Assembly: GCA_020636745.1 (NCBI GenBank)
Contig: JACJXH010000006.1
Span: 132,555 to 196,554 of the forward strand
Reading direction: 5' to 3'
DNA: 64,000 nucleotides
Origin: Lentimicrobiaceae bacterium
Lineage (GTDB): Bacteria; Bacteroidota; Bacteroidia; Bacteroidales; Lentimicrobiaceae
In this document: piece after piece, positions 56,951 through 64,000 of the stretch
How positions within the stretch are numbered: the first letter of the stretch is position 1
Layout: each line of letters starts with the position of its first letter
Notes under the pieces: model-generated
The model's database searches: none
Told to the model about the DNA's origin: nothing
Seen by the model: only the letters and a program-made list of their open reading frames with translations
Made by a program: the position numbers and the translations under genes

Positions 56951-58099
56951 TTATTTTTTACCGGTCAGGTTATTCCAGAAATCCAAAGCAGTTGAAGTGT
57001 ATCCATAAACGGTTTCAGCTCCATGAACCAGGCCAAGAACAGGCTTGGTAATAAAGCCGGTAACCTGACCAGTGATAGCATTTACAGCCGTTGTACTTGT
57101 GGCGTTGATGACAACCTGCCCTGGCAGATTATTCGCACTCTCAAGAGCCTGATTGTCGTTTCCACTTGCGAGGTTATTTACAACGCCCTGAATGCCGGAG
57201 ATGGTTTCATTGGTCGTGTTCAGCATAAAATCTCCGATTATGCCCGGTAAACCAGGGGCTTGCCCAAGGGCTGTCAGTAAAGCAGCTTCTCCAACAGAAG
57301 TGCCGGCGGGTATTGTGCCACTTTCATCTATGTATTGGTTAGTGCCAACCTGCTGTGTTTCATTAAAACCCATATTATTCCACCATTCATCGCGTTGGCT
57401 TATTTGTTCCGAAGTTGTAAGCAACTGAACTGTTGAGCCTGTAATATCAGGCTCTGATGTGTTTACATTGGCAGCAGTATTGCTGTTATTGGGCTCATTT
57501 ACCGGTAATGTTGTTTCAAGTTCGTTCAACTGGTTGAAATAAAACTGATCAAATTCATTATCTCCGGTAAGCGGAAAGTCCTGTATTGGAAGTAAATTCT
57601 CCATATTGACCGGATTGCCAAGTGATTGCATTCTTTGCAGATAATTGTTTATCCAGTTCTCAATCTCCTGGCTTTGGTGAGGGGAGAAAAAAGCATTTCC
57701 CTGCATTAGTCCATCAATGGATACATATCCGGGAGCGTTGTAGTCCAGTTCAAAATTTGCAACAATATCAGAACCTGAGCAAGGGGTACATGTATAAAAT
57801 ACTCTGCACATGCCTATATACTGATTGTCATCATTATATATTGGTGTACTTACTTCGTAACTCATAATAAGTTGCCTTAATGATTCACAATCGCTCTGAG
57901 TGGGTATTGAGGGGGGGAATGTGATGGGTTGTATATAAGGAGTATATGATCCACACGGGCCGGCATATGTCAGGGTTGCTGTAAAATTCCAACCCTGAGC
58001 AGATAAAATTTTATCAAAACCAGAGAAAATAACAAGATTGAAAATGAGAAATGACGTAATTATAAAACGCTGTTTTTGCGTAAAGTAACGACCTTTCAT
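56951..58099 (-). CDS. Hypothetical secreted acidic protein with Cys-rich N-terminus and Gly/Ala/Thr-rich hydrophobic C-terminus (operon gene 1)
   Basis: Signal-like N-terminus; five Cys (GPCG, DCE, MCRVFYTCTPC); C-terminal amphipathic helices. Confidence 0.7.
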   Translation of the reverse strand: MKGRYFTQKQRFIITSFLIFNLVIFSGFDKILSAQGWNFTATLTYAGPCGSYTPYIQPITFPPSIPTQSDCESLRQLIMSYEVSTPIYNDDNQYIGMCRVFYTCTPCSGSDIVANFELDYNAPGYVSIDGLMQGNAFFSPHQSQEIENWINNYLQRMQSLGNPVNMENLLPIQDFPLTGDNEFDQFYFNQLNELETTLPVNEPNNSNTAANVNTSEPDITGSTVQLLTTSEQISQRDEWWNNMGFNETQQVGTNQYIDESGTIPAGTSVGEAALLTALGQAPGLPGIIGDFMLNTTNETISGIQGVVNNLASGNDNQALESANNLPGQVVINATSTTAVNAITGQVTGFITKPVLGLVHGAETVYGYTSTALDFWNNLTGKK

Positions 58100-58219
58100 T
58101 GGCGCTGAATAAAGTGCTAATTTAATGTTTTTATAAGAAAAGTCAAGTGTTTTGTTGATTTATCATTTGATGGGAATGGAGCCGTTAACTTTAATAGTTT
58201 TTTACAATATTAAACACAT

Positions 58220-58263
58220 AAAAAGACCAGTCCGGGAAATTTGTATTATTTCCTGAACTGGTC
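58220..58263 (-). terminator. Intrinsic terminator of the TED-like lipoprotein gene
   Basis: GACCAGTCCGGGAAAT...ATTTCCTGAACTGGTC imperfect stem followed by U5 on the minus strand. Confidence 0.7.
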
Positions 58264-58280
58264 GTAAGATCATGACTAAA

Positions 58281-59786
58281 TTATGGGTCGATTCTTAAGA
58301 AAATACACTGTGTGGCAGGAACTCCTGAAGGAGATTCGAGTGCTACTCCTGCCCAGCCTCCGGGCAGTGGAACATATCCTTCACCGTTGGCAGCAGCTGC
58401 TAAATACATTGCAGTAGCTATAGCTGTACCAGCCGGAACCTGACCATGTTCAGCCATATTCCATGTTGGATCTTCAATTTTCCAGAAAGCCTGCTGGATG
58501 TCAGACCATGTATATCCCGGAAACATATTGAGATGGTTGATTAACCAATTAGCTTTATCCCAGCTTAAATCTTTGCATGGGCCAGTCATAAATTCTGGAT
58601 ACAGAGAACTGCGGACATCTAAGGTGTATGTTTCTGGTAAGGCGATAGTTACCTGCCTGTTGAAACAGTTCACGCCATAGCTTATGTTGCTTATATCGTA
58701 ACCATCACCTATGCCTGAAAGTGTTACATCGAAATATCCTACAACATTATCCTGCAGAGGAATTATACCCGGGATATGGTTAATTGTTGTAACAGTGCAG
58801 GTCACTGGCAAATTCATATATGGAGGTAATTGCAGGTCGGTGTTACTCAGATTGCAACTGCCTAATACAAAGTCAACCACACCATCTTCTCCTGCATCAA
58901 TGGTTTGATCATCTTCAAATTCCCATTCATGGAATTTTAAATATTCAAATACATTGCCAACTTTTACCAGAACCCAAAGCTCAAATTTAAAGAGCTCTCT
59001 GTCAATTGATAAATTATCAGGATATCTTACGCATACCGGAGCTCCAACTCCCCAATTGGCATCTTCATTGTCATTGGTGAAATCCTCATTGTTAGGAACT
59101 GGTGTCCACACCTGATTAACCATCTTTAACGCATTAATTTTAAAGATGGCAGGCATATCGATTTGTAAGCCTGTACTTTGGTTTTCGTAATTTGAGCCTA
59201 TATAATCTGCCGGATGTTTGAAGCAGATATCTCCGAAGAAACATTGTTCACGAATCACGATTTCATCAAATTGAGCCCAGTTAAAACCAAATTTATCGTA
59301 AGAGTCAGGCATATAGCACAATACTTCTACCGGAATTTCTGCTTTTGAAAATGCACTAACTGAAAAATCAAATGAAACATGGCTTGTTGTGTATTCAGCA
59401 TACTCAGCTTGTTCGGTAGGCGTTGCCATTATTAATGTTCCATCAACTTCTGTATACAATCCAAAGAACTCAACAGTATAATTGGTTGGTGAATCGTCTG
59501 GATTTACATCAAGTTTGATTGCCTGAGTGTACATATTTCCATCAAGCGTAAATACCTGAGGCCAAAAATCTCCTTTTCCTTCAATGGTTATTTTGGCTAC
59601 TGTCGGAGTTAAAATATTTCCATTGTCATCTGTGGGGCAAAGCCAATCGCTTTTTAGACCGGTACTCGGGTCTACTTTAATAGCTGAAAATGTTACTTCC
59701 TGTTGTCTTACAGTTGTGTCGGTTTCCTTTTTTTGGCAACTGAACATGGCGCCTATTGCCAGAATAATAAATAAAATCTTTTTCAT
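58281..59786 (-). CDS. Surface lipoprotein with beta-sandwich stalk and C-terminal thioester-domain (TED)-like region
   Basis: Lipobox AMFSC; NCFN (C374), IQQAFW (Q431/W435) and TQCIF (Q493) occur in TED order. Confidence 0.7.
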   Translation of the reverse strand: MKKILFIILAIGAMFSCQKKETDTTVRQQEVTFSAIKVDPSTGLKSDWLCPTDDNGNILTPTVAKITIEGKGDFWPQVFTLDGNMYTQAIKLDVNPDDSPTNYTVEFFGLYTEVDGTLIMATPTEQAEYAEYTTSHVSFDFSVSAFSKAEIPVEVLCYMPDSYDKFGFNWAQFDEIVIREQCFFGDICFKHPADYIGSNYENQSTGLQIDMPAIFKINALKMVNQVWTPVPNNEDFTNDNEDANWGVGAPVCVRYPDNLSIDRELFKFELWVLVKVGNVFEYLKFHEWEFEDDQTIDAGEDGVVDFVLGSCNLSNTDLQLPPYMNLPVTCTVTTINHIPGIIPLQDNVVGYFDVTLSGIGDGYDISNISYGVNCFNRQVTIALPETYTLDVRSSLYPEFMTGPCKDLSWDKANWLINHLNMFPGYTWSDIQQAFWKIEDPTWNMAEHGQVPAGTAIATAMYLAAAANGEGYVPLPGGWAGVALESPSGVPATQCIFLRIDP

Positions 59787-60697
59787 TTTTTGATGATTTT
59801 AGGTTGGTACTGGTCCGGGATGAAAGTGAGAAATTCACTTTTAAGGATGTGTTTTGTATGCCGGACATAAATCGTATTTCTTCGTCATTGATACTGACGA
59901 TAAACCGGAGGTAAATCGGAAATTTTTTTGTTCCTGGTTTATGCATAATGACTATAAAAGCCATTGGTGAAGTGATCTGCAATTTTTCATTTTGCTTTTT
60001 TTTCTCAGGCTGAAAAAGTAATTGGGTTATATGATGATAATTGACGTTTGGGCTTCATCTTTATTGGTAAGCAGTTCATATGATGGTGAATTCATCCGAT
60101 GGTTTGTTTTGATAACTGGCGGTTATTAGTTAACTCATTTGGTTTATTATCATCTGTGATAGCGTCTATTAACCAGGCCTGGTTTGAGCCCGATATGGAG
60201 TTAAGGGTATCAGAGAAAATAGAAAATGCAGACTTTCTCAGTTTGGTAGATGTTAGTGACGGGAGACAGGTTGAAAAGATGGCTAATTAGCCCGTGAAGC
60301 ATTGAAGAGCAAATAGTAACCAGATTAGACTGTGCCGGAAATTAGAAAATACAATTAAGCTAAGTAACAGAAATGGTGAGTAAGCATTAATTAAGAAGCA
60401 CTAATTATCTAAGGAGATGCCGTAATTTAGTTAAACGGGTAAGGAAAAGTATAAAAGTTATTGAATAAGGCGAAATTGTATAGTAAAGAGATTTATATAG
60501 TAGGTAATAGAATGAAATGGCATTACAAACGTATAATGTATTAATATGAAAGTCAATACGTATAAATACTGATTAATAAAAGTAATTAGATATATATGAG
60601 CCTGATGCAATATAACACTGTTTAAAGGTATTGTATAGCTGTTAGTTAGCAGTTTGTTTAACTGAGGGGTCTTTTGAAGTAGATTACGATAATGCAC

Positions 60698-60728
60698 AAA
60701 AAAGCCTGTATGGTTAATACAGGCTTTT
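60698..60728. terminator. Terminator downstream of mscL
   Basis: AAAAGCCTGTA-tggttaa-TACAGGCTTTT. Confidence 0.8.
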
Positions 60729-60751
60729 GAAAAAGTTTAAATAAAAACTGA

Positions 60752-61156
60752 TTATTTATTATTTTTTAGCAGGTCGCGAATCTCTGTGAGTAATTCCTGA
60801 TCTTTGGTTGGAGCAGGAGGTGGGGCAGGAATGGCTTCTTCTTTCTTCTTGAAACTGCTCATAGCTTTAATGGCCATGAAAATAGCAAATGCAATGATGA
60901 GGAAATCAATTACATTCTGTATGAACATGCCGTAATTCAATGTAACAGCTGCTGTTTCGCCAACGGCTTCCTTAAGGGTATACGCTAAATCTTTAAAATC
61001 CAGGCCTCCCAGTAAAACTCCAAGAGGTGGCATCAGAATATCATTTACAAAGGAGGATACTATTTTTCCAAAGGCGCCTCCGATAATCACAGCGACAGCA
61101 AGGTCAATTACATTGCCTTTCATCGCAAATGCTTTAAACTCATTTAATAGCTTCAT
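60752..61156 (-). CDS. mscL: Large-conductance mechanosensitive channel
   Basis: [54 protein letters not shown] and [10 protein letters not shown]. Confidence 0.97.
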   Translation of the reverse strand: MKLLNEFKAFAMKGNVIDLAVAVIIGGAFGKIVSSFVNDILMPPLGVLLGGLDFKDLAYTLKEAVGETAAVTLNYGMFIQNVIDFLIIAFAIFMAIKAMSSFKKKEEAIPAPPPAPTKDQELLTEIRDLLKNNK

Positions 61157-61174
61157 GTTGTTTGTTTTAAGGGG

Positions 61175-62077
61175 TTATTGTTTGATTGTTGCCTGATAAT
61201 GTTTCACAGCATAGGTTAATCCAATTCCAAAAGTTTGTTTAAACTGTGTCCGGGGTCCGGTTTTGCCGTCTTTGTCCATAATCTGTATGTCGTGGTCATA
61301 AACTGTTTGTAATCCAATGTAGGTGGAAATTAGTTTATTAACTTTGAGGATGAGCAATGCTTCCCAGTTAATGTCAATATTCTGAGGGCGGTCTACATAA
61401 TTTGAGAAGAGTTCAAGTTTGCTCTTCAGATTTACGTTGGTGATAATGTCTTTTTCAAAAGTTGCTTTAAGTGAAGCGCCAAATTCTGGTCTGATGGTTT
61501 TTCCCGGATCAACGCCATAGGCTCCTGCGTCTGATAATCCTTTATCGCCAACAATGGTTAACCTGCCTGTAACAGGCAGCAACGAAACAGACAAATACGG
61601 ATAGGGTTTATAATCCATACCAAGTCCGAGCATCAGATAACCGGGAGCCATAAAGGTTGAAATCAGCACTGAGTCATTGGGGTAGTTGAACCCATCGGTA
61701 AATTGTGTTCTGAAACTAAGGTTGGCGCTTAGGAATAAATGCTTGTTAATGACATTATGCCCTACTTTGGATACAAAATCAATTTTATCATCACTTTTTC
61801 TCACCTTGGCATCGCCTTGTTTGATTAAGCCATAAGCCAAATCAAGTGAATTGTCCCAGGTTGTCCTGGCTTTTTTCATATTGGCAATTAAATTAATAAA
61901 TGAATTGCCTCCCAAACTGTTTTCACCTCCGGCAGCCCAGTTGGTTAGTGAAACCTGCGAAAAAGAAAGGGATGTTTTGATGCCTGTTGTCCAGAGTTTG
62001 GTGGTGTCGGCTGTTTGAGATAAACCAGTTAGCGATGCAGCCATTACAATAACGAAAGAGAGTAGTGCTTTTTTCAT
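61175..62077 (-). CDS. DUF3078-family outer-membrane beta-barrel protein
   Basis: FSQVSLTNWAAGGENS, WDNSLDLAYG, RKSDDKI, FRTQF..GFNY, FMAPGYL and NIDINWE. Confidence 0.85.
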   Translation of the reverse strand: MKKALLSFVIVMAASLTGLSQTADTTKLWTTGIKTSLSFSQVSLTNWAAGGENSLGGNSFINLIANMKKARTTWDNSLDLAYGLIKQGDAKVRKSDDKIDFVSKVGHNVINKHLFLSANLSFRTQFTDGFNYPNDSVLISTFMAPGYLMLGLGMDYKPYPYLSVSLLPVTGRLTIVGDKGLSDAGAYGVDPGKTIRPEFGASLKATFEKDIITNVNLKSKLELFSNYVDRPQNIDINWEALLILKVNKLISTYIGLQTVYDHDIQIMDKDGKTGPRTQFKQTFGIGLTYAVKHYQATIKQ

Positions 62078-62149
62078 ATATTTAATTTAAAGATAAACTT
62101 GCAATAATAATCATTTGTTGTTCTGTTATTTCTTCAGCATTTCATGGCA

Positions 62150-62953
62150 TTATCCCCCGTAGCTTGATTTAATATTAGGGTTAAAGTTCCCGTCAGGGCC
62201 TTGGTCAAGACTAAAGTTGATAGAGATGCTCATTCTTGTTCTGACTGCTTGTTGATGAATGGTTCCTGGCATCCATTTAATCAGATGTACCAATCGTAAA
62301 GCTTCTTCGTTGCAGCCGGCCCCAAGCGAATTTAGTACGATTGTATTAGAAATTCTGCCATGAGGTTCAACAATGAACCCTATTTTAACAGTGCCGCTCA
62401 AATTTTGTTTAATGGCTGCTTCCGGGTAAACAAGGTTGGCAGCTACGAAACCAGCAAGATTAATATTTTCTCTGGTAAAAATAGGGTGGGGGGCTGTTTC
62501 AAGATTTTTGTACTGATATATGGTGCCTGATGTGTCAACAGGCTCAAAGGGGAAAAGAATTTCAGAGTATCCTCTTTGTTTGCACAAACGCTTGTATTTG
62601 CGCAAGTTAAATTCTATTTCAAATTGAATGCTGTCTTCATTGGGGATGCCTCTGAAGGTGCCAGGCTCCCATTCTATCATTTTAAAAATCCGCATGGTCT
62701 CTAGGTCGCATTCAGGCGAAACACGGGCTTTATACCGGGTAAAAGTAACTTGTCCTTTTTGATCGATTTTTGCAGAAATAATAACATTTCCTTCAGTTTT
62801 TGCCTGTAAGGCTGTTTCAGGATAAACTAATTCCTGTTCTGTGAATTGCCTTAGTTGTGCTTTGCCGCCATAGGGTTGTGGAGGTATATATTCCTGAGAA
62901 AAAGCATAGTAATTCATTAAAAGGAGACATACGGCAGCCGGTATTTTACTCAT
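62150..62953 (-). CDS. Energy transducer TonB-family protein with two tandem TonB_C domains
   Basis: LVYPETALQAKTEGNV...CDLETMRI.KMIEWEPG and LVYPEAAIKQNLSGTV.IGFIVE..G...GCNEEALRLV.LIKWMPG. Confidence 0.85.
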   Translation of the reverse strand: MSKIPAAVCLLLMNYYAFSQEYIPPQPYGGKAQLRQFTEQELVYPETALQAKTEGNVIISAKIDQKGQVTFTRYKARVSPECDLETMRIFKMIEWEPGTFRGIPNEDSIQFEIEFNLRKYKRLCKQRGYSEILFPFEPVDTSGTIYQYKNLETAPHPIFTRENINLAGFVAANLVYPEAAIKQNLSGTVKIGFIVEPHGRISNTIVLNSLGAGCNEEALRLVHLIKWMPGTIHQQAVRTRMSISINFSLDQGPDGNFNPNIKSSYGG

Positions 62954-63273
62954 GATGATATAGTTTTAGTAAAGATAGTAAGAAATGGCATTTTGTCAAT
63001 ACATCAAAGGCTTATTATACATTAGAATGAGGGGAGTTTGTTGTAAAGATTGACAGCGGACTTAATGTTTGATGCCGGGCAAAATGGAATCCAAAACAGG
63101 AAGGATATGATTAATTGTTCTTTTTATTGACTTCTTTTTGTCGATAGTAGAAGCGATCATATGCATAAAGTTTGATTTTAATCAAGAGCTAACGCATATG
63201 AACTGTAAGCAGGCTATTTAACTTTTTATCACCTGCAAATGTTGTAAACACCTGACAAGCAATGCGCCCAGTA

Positions 63274-63957
63274 TTAATCGGGAAGGTCGCCGGGTGTAAT
63301 TATTTGATTTCCTGATAATGCTATCATCTGTTCAATTTGGTCAAATTGATTTTGTTTTAAGGAAAAATCAATCTTCCCTTGGTTTATCAAACTAATAGTA
63401 TCGCTTACAGAGGTTAATGATTCCGTAATATGAGAACTTACAATAATTGTTTTACCTCTGGCTGCAAGCACCGGAAGTATTTGCTGTACTTGCCTTACAG
63501 CTTCAAAGTCGAGTCCATTGAACGGTTCGTCCAGTATCAGTAGCTTTCTGTTAAGTGCCAGAATTCCCATAAAGCTTAATTTTTTAAGCATACCGGTTGA
63601 ATAATTATCTACAATTTCGTCTAATGGAAGTTTAAAAATATGATTCCACTTCTCAACATTGAATGACGGGTTTTTTAACATAAAAACCTGAAGATATTCT
63701 TTGCCGGTTATCATTGGATAAAAGTAGGGGGATGTTTCCATAAATCCACAGGCTGACTGATGAATCCGGCTATTATTCAGGGTTATACCACCGCTGTTGG
63801 GCCTGAGCCATCCTGCTATAAGATTGAAAAGGGTTGTTTTTCCAGCACCGTTCATTCCAACCAAACCATGCACTTTGCTGGTTTCAAGCTCCCAATTCAA
63901 TCCGTTGATCACAAGTGGTTTGCCGTAGCTAAAGGTCAGGTTATGAATGTTTAACAT
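63274..63957 (-). CDS. ABC transporter ATP-binding protein
   Basis: Walker A GMNGAGKTT, signature YSTGMLKKL, Walker B LLILDEPFNGLD and H-loop SSH; start taken at MLNIHNL (63957). Confidence 0.92.
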   Translation of the reverse strand: MLNIHNLTFSYGKPLVINGLNWELETSKVHGLVGMNGAGKTTLFNLIAGWLRPNSGGITLNNSRIHQSACGFMETSPYFYPMITGKEYLQVFMLKNPSFNVEKWNHIFKLPLDEIVDNYSTGMLKKLSFMGILALNRKLLILDEPFNGLDFEAVRQVQQILPVLAARGKTIIVSSHITESLTSVSDTISLINQGKIDFSLKQNQFDQIEQMIALSGNQIITPGDLPD

Positions 63958-64000
63958 GAATAATTTGTGTAAGTTGAACAATTGCTTTCTTTGAATATAC
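63941..64000 (-). CDS. 3' end of an upstream gene (probably the ABC permease), truncated by the window edge
   Basis: Open frame VYSKKAIVQLTQIIHVKHS* overlapping the ATPase start; only 20 codons are visible. Confidence 0.35.
   Translation of the reverse strand, partial: VYSKKAIVQLTQIIHVKHS

Noticed and set aside
52100-60750. Mobile element or prophage origin for the accessory block
   Set aside because: No integrase, transposase, flanking tRNA, terminal inverted repeats or target-site duplication were visible.
1-64000. CRISPR array, rRNA or IS elements anywhere in the window
   Set aside because: No regularly spaced 23-47 bp repeats, rRNA-like segments or transposase ORFs were seen.

Overview
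A ~64 kb AT-rich chromosomal segment from a Bacteroidota organism, most likely an anaerobic Bacteroidales. The evidence is TAnnTTTG -7 promoters, T9SS C-terminal sorting domains, Bacteroidota-type parC and tamB, and flavodiiron/rubrerythrin-type genes; the genus cannot be fixed from the sequence alone. Most of the window is housekeeping: tpx, tRNA-Leu(TAG), msrA, ddl, a PASTA protein, an RluA-family synthase, gcvP, hppA, a nucleoside MFS permease, tamB, tsaD, fprA, parC, gdhA, rlmB, an AddA-like helicase-nuclease, mnmH, an LpxL-like acyltransferase, mscL, DUF3078, TonB and an ABC ATPase. No transposase, integrase, phage gene or CRISPR array was seen. Highlights: (1) an accessory block at 52.2-60.7 kb holding a tightly coupled five-gene operon of uncharacterised signal-peptide proteins (two paralogous beta-barrels, a TPR protein, a duplicated coiled coil, and a helical module shared tail-to-head by two neighbours); (2) next to it, a lipoprotein whose C-terminus carries all three thioester-domain (TED) motifs known from Gram-positive covalent adhesins; (3) an mnmH + NifS-SelD fusion operon that looks like a self-contained selenouridine pathway; (4) a LytS/LytTR locus with three 21-bp-phased repeats and a triple-CBM lipoprotein; (5) a probable 6S-like RNA; (6) tandem rubrerythrin-like paralogs, one with a degenerate di-iron site; (7) a divergent K+-independent membrane pyrophosphatase; (8) a probable non-AUG start for tamB. 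All assignments come from motif reading and recall; no database searches were run.
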